In this document: in pieces, positions 1-10,167 of the stretch
Numbering within the stretch: position 1 is the stretch's first letter
Layout: each line of letters starts with the position of its first letter
NCBI GenBank assembly: GCA_031549645.1
Contig: JAVBPL010000067.1
Coordinates: 8,336-72,335, forward strand
From: Ruminiclostridium sp.
Lineage (GTDB): Bacteria; Bacillota; Clostridia; Oscillospirales; Ruminococcaceae
Direction: 5' to 3'
DNA: 64,000 nucleotides
Program-made: the position numbers and the translations under genes
Notes under the pieces: generated by a model
What the model saw: only the letters and a program-made list of their open reading frames with translations
Database searches by the model: none
What the model was told of the DNA's origin: nothing

Positions 1-291
1 CTTTCATGGGTTTGCTCTGTGACCTTTGCTTATATCACGAATAGAATTTGGGTTTTTGAAAGCAGGTGCAGGGGATTTTTACAAATACTCGCTGAGGCGG
101 CTTCTTTCTACGGGGGACGAGTGTTTACGCTAGTGCTTGAAATACTTATCATGTATCTTTGTGTGGATTTACCTGGTATTCATAATAAGCTTTATGAGCT
201 GGCTGTTAAGCTTGGTGCCAATGTCGTGGTGCTAGTACTGAACTATGTTCTGAGTAAGCTTTTCGTATTCAGAATGAAAAAACTAAAATAA
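1..291 (+). CDS. GtrA-family membrane protein (5' truncated by window edge)
   Basis: Frame open from base 1 (LSWVCSVTFAYITNRIWVF...NYVLSKLFVF); typical GtrA N- and C-terminal motifs. Confidence 0.8.
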   Translation, partial: LSWVCSVTFAYITNRIWVFESRCRGFLQILAEAASFYGGRVFTLVLEILIMYLCVDLPGIHNKLYELAVKLGANVVVLVLNYVLSKLFVFRMKKLK

Positions 292-304
292 TTTATTAAA
301 TCTC

Positions 305-333
305 TTGACTTGCAGTTGCAAATATTGTATACT
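305..333 (+). promoter_or_regulatory. sigma-A promoter for the symporter
   Basis: TTGACT(305-310)-17 bp-TATACT(328-333). Confidence 0.7.
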
Positions 334-404
334 AATTTAGCACGTTAATGTATTTAGACATAAAAGCAATAAAGTGCGAATTTATGAAAAGGTTGGGCAT
401 TAAA

Positions 405-1970
405 ATGGGAATTATAATAGCGATACTTGTTGTATATGTTGTGATTGCAATAGGTATAGGCGTATATTTTAACAGAAAGTCAAAGAAAACCGTCAGTGAT
501 TTCGTTTTAGGCGGAAGGTCGGTGGGTCCTTGGATTACCGCTTTTGCATTCGGAACCTCGTATTTTTCAGCGGTGGTATTTGTAGGCTATGCAGGACAGT
601 TCGGCTGGAAATATGGACTTGCTGCCACATGGGTAGGTATTGGCAATGCGCTTATAGGCTCATTCATGGCATGGATGATTATGGGACGCAGAACGAGAGT
701 TATGACTCATCATCTGGGAAGTGCCACGATGCCCGAATTCTTCGAAAAACGTTATATGAGCCGACCGATAAAGATTATTTCTGCTGTTATCGTTTTTGTT
801 TTCTTAATCCCGTATACAGCTTCGGTTTATAACGGACTTTCAAGACTTTTTTCAATGACCTTCACTATTCCGTATGAGGTTTGTGTAATAGGTATGGCGG
901 TAATTACTGCTGTATATGTAATTCTCGGTGGATATAAGGCCACAGCTTATAACGACTTCGTGCAAGGAATAATCATGCTTTTTGGTATTGCAGCAGTAAT
1001 AATTGCGGTGCTTTCGGGTAAAGGTGGATTATTCTCAGCAGTTACAGAGCTTTCGGCAATCCCAACAGAAAGTGGTCCTATGGCTGGAATGTCGGGAGGC
1101 TTTACTTCCTTCTTCGGTCCAGACCCCATAAACTTAATAGGTGTCGTAATTTTAACCTCGCTAGGTACCTGGGGACTCCCTCAGATGGTACATAAATTCT
1201 ACACCATCAAGGACGAACGCTCAATCAAGGCAGGGACAGTTGTATCAACTCTCTTTGCAATAGTAATCGCAGGCGGCTGTTACTTCCTCGGCGGCTTTGG
1301 ACGTATTTTCGTTTCGGCAGAGGAATTTACGGTATTTGACGATATTATACCCACAATGATGCAAAATCTTCCCGATTTACTGATAGGTATTGTGGTGGTT
1401 TTAGTGCTTTCGGCTTCTATGTCAACATTATCCTCACTGGTGCTGACATCAAGCTCAACGTTAACTCTGGATTTAATCAAGCCTATGTTTAAAAAGCAGA
1501 AGTTTTCGGAGAAGAAAACGCTTTTAATTATGCGAATATTCATCGGTGTGTTTTTACTGCTTTCGGTAATCATTGCACTTAATAAAAACGCTATGATTGC
1601 AGACCTAATGGGCTATTCATGGGGTGCACTTGCAGGCGCCTTCCTTGGTCCGTTCCTGTACGGTTTATTCTGGAAGGGTGTTACAAAAATTTCGGTGTAT
1701 GTAAGCTTCTTCTTTGCGGTTGGTGCTTCGGTGCTTCACATGTTGTTTAAACCGCAATGGGTAATCGGCGGTTTAAATCTCGGTTCTCCTGTTAATATCG
1801 GCGCGCTCATAATGCTGATAGGCTTAGTGATAGTACCAGTTGTGAGTCTATTAACTCCGAAAATGGAAAAGTCGGGCATAGCTTCAATTTTCGCCTGCTA
1901 CGACAAAAAGGTACAGGTTAAGCACGCAGTCGCATTAACAGAAGATGAACCCGAAACTGAGATTGAATAA
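405..1970 (+). CDS. sodium:solute symporter (SSS, PutP/PanF-like)
   Basis: About 13 hydrophobic segments, DFVLGGRS, WGLPQMVHKFY and SASMSTLSS motifs; start at 405 chosen because it lies downstream of the promoter (ORF track starts at 348). Confidence 0.88.
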   Translation: MGIIIAILVVYVVIAIGIGVYFNRKSKKTVSDFVLGGRSVGPWITAFAFGTSYFSAVVFVGYAGQFGWKYGLAATWVGIGNALIGSFMAWMIMGRRTRVMTHHLGSATMPEFFEKRYMSRPIKIISAVIVFVFLIPYTASVYNGLSRLFSMTFTIPYEVCVIGMAVITAVYVILGGYKATAYNDFVQGIIMLFGIAAVIIAVLSGKGGLFSAVTELSAIPTESGPMAGMSGGFTSFFGPDPINLIGVVILTSLGTWGLPQMVHKFYTIKDERSIKAGTVVSTLFAIVIAGGCYFLGGFGRIFVSAEEFTVFDDIIPTMMQNLPDLLIGIVVVLVLSASMSTLSSLVLTSSSTLTLDLIKPMFKKQKFSEKKTLLIMRIFIGVFLLLSVIIALNKNAMIADLMGYSWGALAGAFLGPFLYGLFWKGVTKISVYVSFFFAVGASVLHMLFKPQWVIGGLNLGSPVNIGALIMLIGLVIVPVVSLLTPKMEKSGIASIFACYDKKVQVKHAVALTEDEPETEIE

Positions 1971-1984
1971 AAAGACAAATATTT

Positions 1985-2017
1985 ACTGCCGACTTCGCAT
2001 TGAAGTCGGCAGTTTTG
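1985..2017. terminator. intrinsic terminator between convergent genes
   Basis: ACTGCCGACTTC-5 nt-GAAGTCGGCAGT 12-bp stem followed by T-run. Confidence 0.8.
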
Positions 2018-2034
2018 ATATACATAAATATTTT

Positions 2035-2889
2035 TTATCCCTGATTTCTTAAGAATACATTCTCACAGGCTCCTGCAAGAGCAAGCTTATTTTCCTCAGG
2101 AACATACGGCTTGTCGATATGCATTAAGATTAATATTAATGCGAGGGGCTGGCTGACTTCCTGCGGTGGGATTTTACCGCCGTAATTCTGTGCGAAAATC
2201 TGCAAGAATTCGGGATAATATTCGGCCTTTAGTCCAACCATTCCCTCGGAAAGCTTACGCTTTTCGGGTTCTAACGGATAGGATTTGAAGAGATTTACAA
2301 TATCAAGCACAGGGTCACCGTAGCATAAATCGCCGACGTCAATAAACATAAGCTCGCCGTTTGAAACGAAGATGTTGTTAGTATGTAAGTCGCAGTGGAG
2401 ACATGAACGGAGGTCGCTCTGCACCACTTTGTCAAGAAAGCCGCCGATAGCAGCCTTGCAGTTGTCGGAAATCAGACGTGAGGTGCTTATTACCTGCTTA
2501 ATAATCTCCTTGCGGTCACGAATATCGGCGTCGTTATCGACAGGAACCTCGATACTGTGAAGCTTTTTAACTATCTGTGCAAACTTAATGCTGTATTCCT
2601 TGAAATTTTCGTAGCTTTCATTCATAACCTTCGAAATAGGCTGTCCGTTCAGAAGCTCGAAGATTACGCCATAACAGTTTCCGACTTCAACTACGTCAAA
2701 GCTTATTGCGGTGGGTATTCCCATTACAAACGCTGCCTTTGATTTTGCTTTTTCAGCAGCGATAACCTCGAGACTTACGCCCTCACGGTATACCTTAATA
2801 ATTTGTTCGTCGTCGATTTTATAGACTGCGCCGTTTCCGCCCTGACCAATTTTTTGCAGACTGTTTAAGTCTAGTTCAAGTTTTTTCAT
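2035..2889 (-). CDS. aminoglycoside/choline phosphotransferase-like kinase (TIGR02172-like)
   Basis: Gly-rich loop IGQGGNGAVY, catalytic HCDLHTNN, Mg-binding IDVGD. Confidence 0.75.
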   Translation of the reverse strand: MKKLELDLNSLQKIGQGGNGAVYKIDDEQIIKVYREGVSLEVIAAEKAKSKAAFVMGIPTAISFDVVEVGNCYGVIFELLNGQPISKVMNESYENFKEYSIKFAQIVKKLHSIEVPVDNDADIRDRKEIIKQVISTSRLISDNCKAAIGGFLDKVVQSDLRSCLHCDLHTNNIFVSNGELMFIDVGDLCYGDPVLDIVNLFKSYPLEPEKRKLSEGMVGLKAEYYPEFLQIFAQNYGGKIPPQEVSQPLALILILMHIDKPYVPEENKLALAGACENVFLRNQG

Positions 2890-2904
2890 ACATTTGTGTC
2901 CCTT

Positions 2905-5900
2905 CTAATTTTTATCAAATCTAAACGACATAAAATCAAAGCTACTGCCCGGCAGGAACACAAACATCAGGTCCTGCTTTCCTTTTATGCCCTTTAAATT
3001 AAATACCTGTTCTTCATAATCAGCCGAATTCTTAAACTCAATGATTTCGTTGATTTGGTTGCCGTTTTCGTCCTTAAAACGTAGGTTAATAGTGTTTTTA
3101 TCGTTTTTAGTTCTGCCCATGATTATGATTTTTTCGGCTCCTGTTTCACCGAAATATAAATCATTAAATGCGATTAATACGTTGTTTCCGATGCTTTCGA
3201 CACGGTCTGGGAGAGCTTTATATTCGTCGCCGTAAACGCTGTCGCTTTCGGTAATATTTATATCCTCATAAACACGGTTATTCATAAACTCAAAGCCGCC
3301 GAAAATGCAGTGCTTATCCACAACAAAGCAGATGTTTTCTATGCCAACGAGCTTATTCGGTAACATGAAGCTCTGCGGTGCAAATCTGTCCCAAAGGTGA
3401 TTATGCTCAAATTCCGCTGTAATAAGCTTCGTTCCGCCTTCGTCGGGGTGCCCGCTCCATACCTCAATATCAATCGGTGAACCGTTGATGTTTCCTACAT
3501 GAAGAATGAGCCTGTCACTTCCACTATTTCCAAAATCAATGTTCGAAAAGCCGATAATCGTACGCTCTCTAATTCCGCTGATAGCACCTCTTTCGATGAT
3601 GTTAAGCGGTGCAAGGCTTATGTTGTAAAGGCTCGCGGAATTAAATTTATACGGATTGCGTTTGGCTTCGCCGAAGCCGTTTGCGCTTAATGTAAGCTCA
3701 CTTACAACCTCAGGATTTGAATTGCCATTACTACAAACAGCCCGTACCTTGAAGCAGCCGTCGCCGATTATTTCGAGATTGCCTTCTTCGTTATTTCCTG
3801 TTATTTTTGCAGAGTCGGCTAAGATACCTGAGTTTAATACCACGCTCCAGCCTATTTCCTTAAAGTCTGAGTTTTCGGGTAGAATTTTCGCCTTAATTTT
3901 TACTTCTTTGTTGTCGGGGGTTAATATATTCGTTCCTGTGAGTGATAATTCTATTTTCCTTGTGGAAATTAAGTCGGTGGAAGGATTCTCAGTTGGCTTA
4001 TTTTTTACAACGCTTATCCCTACAGGAGTTTCACACGGCAGTACCTCAAATTCTGCTGCTTCTGATTTAAGTCCCTTTGAGCTGAAGTTAATTTTCACTT
4101 TTCCAGCATCTATTGTTGACTTTAAAATAACTACTAATTTACCAGAAAATAGTCTCTTTGAGTTGCCTTTGTAGCTGTCGTAATCGGTGCTGTCGCCGCT
4201 GTCAATTCCCGCAAGATATGCTGAGGTGTCATCGTCTATATTTACGAAAATACGATTTCTGGCGTTTTCGACAGGAACCCCGTTTTTATCGGCTACACTT
4301 ACTGTTATGTATTTTAAATCTGTGCCGTTTGCCTTTATCGGTGTGCTGTTATACTCAAGCACAATGCGTTCTGGCTCACTAAAGCTTTTCTTCGTATCGG
4401 AGGTAATTTCTATGCCGTTTTTATATGCCACGACCTTAAGCTCGCCAGGTTCATAAGCTACGCTCCAGTGAAAGTGCAGAGTCTTGTCCTTTAATAAATC
4501 TATAGTTTTTCTACCGAGAGACTTTCCATTTAAAAATAGCTCTGCTTCGCTTATGTTACTGTAAGCGATTACGTCTATCGTCTGCCCGATGTTCCAGTCC
4601 CAATAAGGAAAAAGCTCAATAAAAGGCTCAGTATCTTTGTCCCAGACTGCCTTGTACATATAATAAGATGCTTTTGGAATTCCTGCGGTGTCTACTATTC
4701 CGAAATACGAGTTCTTAGTCGAATATGGCGTAGGCTCACCGATATAATCGAAGCCAGTCCAGATGTACTGACCGCCGCAAAAATCATGGTCTCGGTCGTC
4801 AGTCCAGGTACGCTCGGAGGAACCTCCCCAGCCTACCACCGAGTTACCGAGGTCGGAGCACTGTAAATCCTCGTGAACCAGTATCGGAGTTTCAAGCGGA
4901 AAATGATACACACCTCTTGAGCGTACTGTCGAAGCCGTTTCACTGCCATATATGAACCAATCAAGATATTTTGCGTGGTGCTCATCGTAAAGATATTCTG
5001 CGTAATTATAACCGGCAAGCTTGATTTCATCGGCACATTTTTGCGCTCCCTCGCCGCCCATATAATTAGAGCCTATTGTACAGCCCGCATTTTGCTTCGG
5101 GTCATGCAGAAGCACCTCATTACGAAGCAATTTCGTTATTTCAAGACCTCGCTCGTCCTTGTGAGTATCGTAAATTTCATTTCCCATGCTCCACATTATG
5201 ACCGAGGGATGATTTCGGTCACGCCTAATCCAGGACGCTACATCTTGTTTATACCACTCGGGGAAAAACCTCGCATAATCATACTGTGTTTTGGAAAGCT
5301 CCCACATATCGAACGCCTCATCAACCACGAGTATGCCCATTTGGTCGCATAAATCCAGCATTTCGGGGGCAGGAGGGTTGTGCGAGGTGCGAATGGAATT
5401 TACACCCATACCCTTAAGAATTTCAATTTGACGTTTCATCGCATTTACATTAAAGCAAGAGCCTAATGCGCCGTGGTCATGGTGCATGCAAACACCATGA
5501 AGCTTAAGTGTCTCGCCGTTCAGCTTAAAGCCCTCTGTCGGCGAAAATTCTGTGTATCTAAAGCCTACGTCAAAAATCTCGGTATCAAGAACTGTGCCAT
5601 TTTTGATAAGCTCTGTTTTAAGTGAGTATAAATTCGGGGTTTCTGTAGACCATAGCTTTGGTGCATTTATTAAAAAGCCGTCGCTTCTGTTTGTGGTTTC
5701 GAAAACAGCCTCGCCCAGAGTGTAGCGGATTAAGTCAATTTCGCCTGTGTATTCAGTATCTATTTCGAGCATGAAATCTGATGAATTCTGGATTTTCTTA
5801 GCCGAGGTGTAAATTCCGTTATGAATTAAATGAGTTTTATTCTGCATCTTAAGCCAGACATTTCGGAAAATACCCGCACCGCTGTACCAGCGCGTGTTGG

Positions 5901-6243
5901 GTGACACATGATTAATGCGTACTGTGACTGTATTTGTACCTTTTTGCATAAATGGTGTGATATTAATATCGAAGCTGGTGTAGCCGTATTTCCAAACGCC
6001 AGCCTCCTTTTCGTTTATATAAACCGTCGTGTCCATATAAACGCCGTCGAAAACGATTGTATGAATTTTATCCATATCATTTTCCGAGATTTCAAACTCC
6101 TTTTTATACCAACCTGTGCTTGTCTTGTAAAGATTATTGGTGTCGTAAATCAGCCAGTCGTGTGGAATTTCCACGTTTTCCATTTCGGTCGGGAGCGCAT
6201 CAGAAAGTGCGAATTTCCAGTTGTCGTTGAATAAAATTTTCAT
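2905..6243 (-). CDS. GH2 beta-galactosidase with C-terminal Ig-like and CBM6-like modules
   Basis: GVCMHHDHGALG, RTSHNPP, WSMGNE acid/base, WTGFDYIGEPTP; alternative start 6255. Confidence 0.88.
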   Translation of the reverse strand: MKILFNDNWKFALSDALPTEMENVEIPHDWLIYDTNNLYKTSTGWYKKEFEISENDMDKIHTIVFDGVYMDTTVYINEKEAGVWKYGYTSFDINITPFMQKGTNTVTVRINHVSPNTRWYSGAGIFRNVWLKMQNKTHLIHNGIYTSAKKIQNSSDFMLEIDTEYTGEIDLIRYTLGEAVFETTNRSDGFLINAPKLWSTETPNLYSLKTELIKNGTVLDTEIFDVGFRYTEFSPTEGFKLNGETLKLHGVCMHHDHGALGSCFNVNAMKRQIEILKGMGVNSIRTSHNPPAPEMLDLCDQMGILVVDEAFDMWELSKTQYDYARFFPEWYKQDVASWIRRDRNHPSVIMWSMGNEIYDTHKDERGLEITKLLRNEVLLHDPKQNAGCTIGSNYMGGEGAQKCADEIKLAGYNYAEYLYDEHHAKYLDWFIYGSETASTVRSRGVYHFPLETPILVHEDLQCSDLGNSVVGWGGSSERTWTDDRDHDFCGGQYIWTGFDYIGEPTPYSTKNSYFGIVDTAGIPKASYYMYKAVWDKDTEPFIELFPYWDWNIGQTIDVIAYSNISEAELFLNGKSLGRKTIDLLKDKTLHFHWSVAYEPGELKVVAYKNGIEITSDTKKSFSEPERIVLEYNSTPIKANGTDLKYITVSVADKNGVPVENARNRIFVNIDDDTSAYLAGIDSGDSTDYDSYKGNSKRLFSGKLVVILKSTIDAGKVKINFSSKGLKSEAAEFEVLPCETPVGISVVKNKPTENPSTDLISTRKIELSLTGTNILTPDNKEVKIKAKILPENSDFKEIGWSVVLNSGILADSAKITGNNEEGNLEIIGDGCFKVRAVCSNGNSNPEVVSELTLSANGFGEAKRNPYKFNSASLYNISLAPLNIIERGAISGIRERTIIGFSNIDFGNSGSDRLILHVGNINGSPIDIEVWSGHPDEGGTKLITAEFEHNHLWDRFAPQSFMLPNKLVGIENICFVVDKHCIFGGFEFMNNRVYEDINITESDSVYGDEYKALPDRVESIGNNVLIAFNDLYFGETGAEKIIIMGRTKNDKNTINLRFKDENGNQINEIIEFKNSADYEEQVFNLKGIKGKQDLMFVFLPGSSFDFMSFRFDKN

Positions 6244-6266
6244 ATTTATGACCATCCTTCCTCTTA

Positions 6267-6366
6267 CGCCAATGACAAGCGAGTTTGCCGTTTGAGCTTG
6301 TCATTGAGCGGTTTGAAACAAATTTTAACCTGTAAAAACAAAAGATAATGAAAATTTGTTTCAAAC
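6267..6366. repeat. two abutting long inverted repeats (11-bp and 16-bp perfect stems)
   Basis: CAATGACAAGC(6270-6280)/GCTTGTCATTG(6296-6306) and GTTTGAAACAAATTTT(6311-6326)/AAAATTTGTTTCAAAC(6351-6366). Confidence 0.85.
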
Positions 6367-6388
6367 TTATATATTCCTTCCTTCCGCT

Positions 6389-6928
6389 TTAAGTATGAAG
6401 TGTTATTTTGACAAAGCTTTGCGGGTCTATTACTACGGTTTTTATTTTCTTCTTTTTGGCATATTCGATTGTTTGTTTGGTACCGCCGCTTTGCCCGTGA
6501 AATATCCCCAAAAGCATATCGCAGGTGTCAACTAAAGCAAGATTTCGTTTTTGCATACAGCCCTCAAAATACGGTGTATCACTAATCATTCTTGCTTCAT
6601 CACAGGAACTTAAAATTTTGTCGTACTTTATTCTTGAATTTTCACTCCAGCCCTTACTTTGCCCCTGACAGGGTATAAATGCGTTAAGCCTTATGAAAGG
6701 ATACCGCTTCTTAAATTCCAGCACCATCTCGGCGAAAAGTAAATCCGAGCCTTCTGCCATTCCGCACTGGAAAATCTCAAAGCCCTCATCTATTAGTAAG
6801 TCAATTTCGCCTATAATCAGCTTTTTAAGTTCATCATAGGTGTGGTTGTTTTCACTTAAAGCGGCTGTTAGCTTTTTCGGTCGGTAGCCAGTGAAGGAGC
6901 AAACTTTTTTAATGTAATTCAAGGACAA
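6389..6928 (-). CDS. DUF1273/YspA-like SLOG family protein
   Basis: CSFTGYRP, GMAEGSDL, MQKRN, GGTKQT motifs; TTG start overlaps the end of the GH95 gene. Confidence 0.8.
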   Translation of the reverse strand: MSLNYIKKVCSFTGYRPKKLTAALSENNHTYDELKKLIIGEIDLLIDEGFEIFQCGMAEGSDLLFAEMVLEFKKRYPFIRLNAFIPCQGQSKGWSENSRIKYDKILSSCDEARMISDTPYFEGCMQKRNLALVDTCDMLLGIFHGQSGGTKQTIEYAKKKKIKTVVIDPQSFVKITLHT

Positions 6929-9206
6929 TAACCCCGCATTTAACTGTTTCGACTTCGATTATTTCTTTGTTATTAGGAGTGTTTTTAATTCGGCATTTAC
7001 CCCCATTTTGGGAAAGAATTTCAACCCGTGTCGGCAATCCGTTTTTCCATGCCATGCTTATCTCAAAGCCGCCACGTGCCTTTAAGCCTCTGATGCTGCC
7101 GCTTTCCCATGCATCGGGCAGAGCGGGGAGCAGTGAAATATATCCCTCATGGCTTTGAAGAAGCATTTCGGCAATTCCCGCACTGCCGCCGAAGTTTCCG
7201 TCGAGCTGGAAGGGTGGGTGGAAGTCGAAAAGATTAATAAATGTACAGCCGCCAATCAGTCCTGATAAAAGCTTAAATGCACGATTACCGTCGCCAATTC
7301 TCGCCCACAGGTTCAGCTTATGAGCACGCGCCCAGCCAGTTGACTCATCTCCGCGGTCGTCTAATGTTATTCTAGCTGCTTTTAATAAATCTGGGGTGTT
7401 GTTATTAATAGCCTTTCCAGGGTATAAGCCTAATAAATGCGAAATATGACGGTGGTTCTGCTGAACCTTGCTGGTGTCAAAATCAGCTTCCTCCTCGTCG
7501 AACCATTCAAGCATTTTTCCGCTTTTACCGACTTTAAATGGTTTAAGCTGTGACACCTGCTCTTTAACAGTGTTCCTTAACTCCGTGTCTTGTTCTAGTA
7601 TTTCCGAGGCTTTTATAAAATCAAGATAAAACTGCTGGATTAAGCTTTGCTCGTATGTATTTCCGATTGTTACAGGTCCATGCTCGGGCGAATAGGTTGG
7701 GCTTGAAACCAGCCGTTCCTGTTTGTCGTCATAAATTAACCACTGGGTATAGAACCTTGCACTTTCACGCATAATGGGATATATCGCTTTTTCGAGATAT
7801 TCCTTGTCTAAAGTGAACTCATAATATTCCCAAATATTCTGCATAAGCCATGCAACTGCCGCAGTTGACCAACCCCAGAAAAAGTCTCGTCCAGGTGCCG
7901 TCCAGCCGAAGGGTGTAGTCTCAGTGTGTGCAATCCAGCCGTTTTCGGGGTTGCTTTCGTCGGATATGATACCGTAATATTCCTTTGCGGTAACACGCCC
8001 CGCGGGACGAAGCGAATTCAAAAAATCGACTAAGGGATAGCTAAGCTCGGCAAGATTTGTATTATAGGCACCCCAATAATTCATTTGCAAATTAACATTT
8101 ATATGATAGTCACTGCTCCAAGGTGGTGAATTCTGTTCGTTCCATACGCCTTGAAGATTGGCGGGCAGGGTGCCCTTTCTGGAGGAGCCTATTAGGACAT
8201 ATCGTCCAAACTGGAAGTATAGCTCCTCAAGCTGTCTTTTTATCTTAACATCCTCGGTGATGCTATATCTTTCAACAAGCTCATCTGTCGAAATATCAAG
8301 ATAATCGTTTTCATCGCTAAGGTTTAAATCCACACGGCCGAAAAGTGAATAGTAATCCTCATAGTGTCTGGCAATAAGTGTATCCCAGCCCATACTTTTC
8401 GCTGATTTTGCTCTTTTAAGTGCTTCCTCGTATGTATTAACCTCACGTCTGTAATTTGGGTACACAGGAGCATAATTTGTTGCAGCTGTAATATAGATTA
8501 CAACCTCGTCGGCATGCTCTGCCATAACACTGTACTGACCCATTATAAGCTCGCCGTTAATAATCTCAACTTCAAAAACCGCCGCATAGCTAAGGCCGTT
8601 GTCAAGGAGCGAGCCCATATATGAAATTCGTCCGTCATCGGCGATAATTTCGCTCTGGCTCTGAATATTCGATAATTCGAGACGAACGCAGATACGATGC
8701 GGCTTGTCCGATTTCATTCTAATACAAATTACGTTGTCGGGGTAGCTTGCGAACGCTTCACGCACATGAAGGGCACCGTTATACTTAAATTCGGTTCTGC
8801 ATACACCCGTGTTCATGTCGAGAAGCCTTTTATAATCGCTGATAGCAGCCTCGTCTATGTTAGAAAATCTTAAGTAATTGTCACATAGCAGCTGATAGGC
8901 ACCGTAGCCGTCTGAGTCGCCTGTAAGCTTTTGATATAGCTCATTGGCTTCTTCGTATTTTTTGTTATATAATAACTCCTGAACCTCCTTGACATATTTG
9001 TAACGGTCGGTGAAATTACCCCCGTTATAATCTGGACGGTATTCACAGGGACCGCCCCGCCACAAGGTTTTTTCGTTCAGAACAATTTTTTCTTTCGCTA
9101 TGCCGCCAAAAAATGAGGCGCCCATGTGACCGTTTCCGATAACAAGGCTCTGCTCCTCCCATTTTTTGAAGCTTGCAGGTTTTGTATACCATAAAATGTT
9201 TTTCAT
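6909..9206 (-). CDS. GH95 alpha-L-fucosidase
   Basis: IGNGHMGA, PANLQGVWN, DYHINVNLQMNYW, HRHISHL, PPFQLDGNFG; RBS GGAGG before ATG 9206. Confidence 0.9.
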   Translation of the reverse strand: MKNILWYTKPASFKKWEEQSLVIGNGHMGASFFGGIAKEKIVLNEKTLWRGGPCEYRPDYNGGNFTDRYKYVKEVQELLYNKKYEEANELYQKLTGDSDGYGAYQLLCDNYLRFSNIDEAAISDYKRLLDMNTGVCRTEFKYNGALHVREAFASYPDNVICIRMKSDKPHRICVRLELSNIQSQSEIIADDGRISYMGSLLDNGLSYAAVFEVEIINGELIMGQYSVMAEHADEVVIYITAATNYAPVYPNYRREVNTYEEALKRAKSAKSMGWDTLIARHYEDYYSLFGRVDLNLSDENDYLDISTDELVERYSITEDVKIKRQLEELYFQFGRYVLIGSSRKGTLPANLQGVWNEQNSPPWSSDYHINVNLQMNYWGAYNTNLAELSYPLVDFLNSLRPAGRVTAKEYYGIISDESNPENGWIAHTETTPFGWTAPGRDFFWGWSTAAVAWLMQNIWEYYEFTLDKEYLEKAIYPIMRESARFYTQWLIYDDKQERLVSSPTYSPEHGPVTIGNTYEQSLIQQFYLDFIKASEILEQDTELRNTVKEQVSQLKPFKVGKSGKMLEWFDEEEADFDTSKVQQNHRHISHLLGLYPGKAINNNTPDLLKAARITLDDRGDESTGWARAHKLNLWARIGDGNRAFKLLSGLIGGCTFINLFDFHPPFQLDGNFGGSAGIAEMLLQSHEGYISLLPALPDAWESGSIRGLKARGGFEISMAWKNGLPTRVEILSQNGGKCRIKNTPNNKEIIEVETVKCGVIVLELH

Positions 9207-9253
9207 AATCTTTCCCTCCACAGTCGCCTGTACACAAATCACTATTACTTAGA

Positions 9254-9282
9254 ATTATATATCATACGGCAGTAAAAGTCAA
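9254..9282 (-). promoter_or_regulatory. sigma-A promoter of the GH95 operon
   Basis: Minus strand TTGACT-17-TATAAT. Confidence 0.75.
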
Positions 9283-9313
9283 TCAAATTTCGTGTCTTTT
9301 GAGGCATTTATTC

Positions 9314-9342
9314 TTGACAAAAGCATATAATAAGCGTATACT
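9314..9342 (+). promoter_or_regulatory. sigma-A promoter of the hydrolase-murF-ddl operon
   Basis: TTGACA-17-TATACT. Confidence 0.75.
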
Positions 9343-9385
9343 AAAAAGGTATTGGTGTCTGAAAATCTAACTTTGGAGAAACGCT

Positions 9386-10150
9386 GTGACAGTATGCATT
9401 GACGGCTTGGATATTTCATATATATCAGAGGGAGAGGGTACTCCACTCCTCATTGTTCACGGCTGGGGCTGTGAGGGTGAGGTTTACAGGGGAATCATAG
9501 ACTTTTTATCCCCTTTTTACAAGGTTGTCGTACCCGATTTGCCTGGCTTCGGTAAAAGTGAGGAACCCGTTGTTCCTTATTCTGTCGGGGATTATGTGAA
9601 ATTTATAAAAGACTTCTGCGTAGAGCTAGGCTTAAACGAGGTCATAATTTTAGGGCATAGCTTAGGCGGACGAATTGTTATAAAGGCACTATCAGGTGGC
9701 GATTTTCCGATAAAAGTCAATAGGGTTATTTTAACGGGTGCCGCTGGCAAAAAGCCTAAAAAAAGCTTAAAAGCAAAGGCGAAAACCCGCATTTATAAAG
9801 TCGGCAAAGCCATTCTTAGTTTATCCCTTATGACAAAGCTTTTCCCGAACGCTTTAGAAAATTATCGTAGTAAAAATGGCTCTGCTGATTATCTCGCGGC
9901 TTCTTCAATAATGCGTCAAACCCTTGTTAAGATAGTGAACGAGGACTTAAAGCCCCTGCTCCCTGATGTTAAGGCTGAGGTGCTTTTGGTTTGGGGTGAA
10001 AATGACGATGCAGCACCCCTTTCAGATGGTAAAATAATGGAGCAAATGATGCCTAATGCAGGGCTTGCGGTTATCCCGAATGCAGGGCATTATGCTTTTC
10101 TTGATAAGAAAACGCAGTTTAATAATATATTAAAATCTTATCTTCTTTAG
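9386..10150 (+). CDS. alpha/beta fold hydrolase
   Basis: HGWG, DLPGFGKS, GHSLGG nucleophile, WGEND, AGH. Confidence 0.88.
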   Translation: MTVCIDGLDISYISEGEGTPLLIVHGWGCEGEVYRGIIDFLSPFYKVVVPDLPGFGKSEEPVVPYSVGDYVKFIKDFCVELGLNEVIILGHSLGGRIVIKALSGGDFPIKVNRVILTGAAGKKPKKSLKAKAKTRIYKVGKAILSLSLMTKLFPNALENYRSKNGSADYLAASSIMRQTLVKIVNEDLKPLLPDVKAEVLLVWGENDDAAPLSDGKIMEQMMPNAGLAVIPNAGHYAFLDKKTQFNNILKSYLL

Positions 10151-10167
10151 AAAAGGTGATTATAATT

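Noticed and set aside
334-404. Riboswitch upstream of the sodium:solute symporter
   Set aside because: Leader is only about 65 nt with no recognisable aptamer or terminator.
3041-6234. Plus-strand ORFs inside the GH2 gene, e.g. 3656-4174
   Set aside because: Antisense shadows of a well-supported gene.
6199-6363. 54-codon TTG-initiated minus-strand ORF running through the twin hairpins
   Set aside because: Overlaps the GH2 start out of frame and has no recognisable features; probably incidental.
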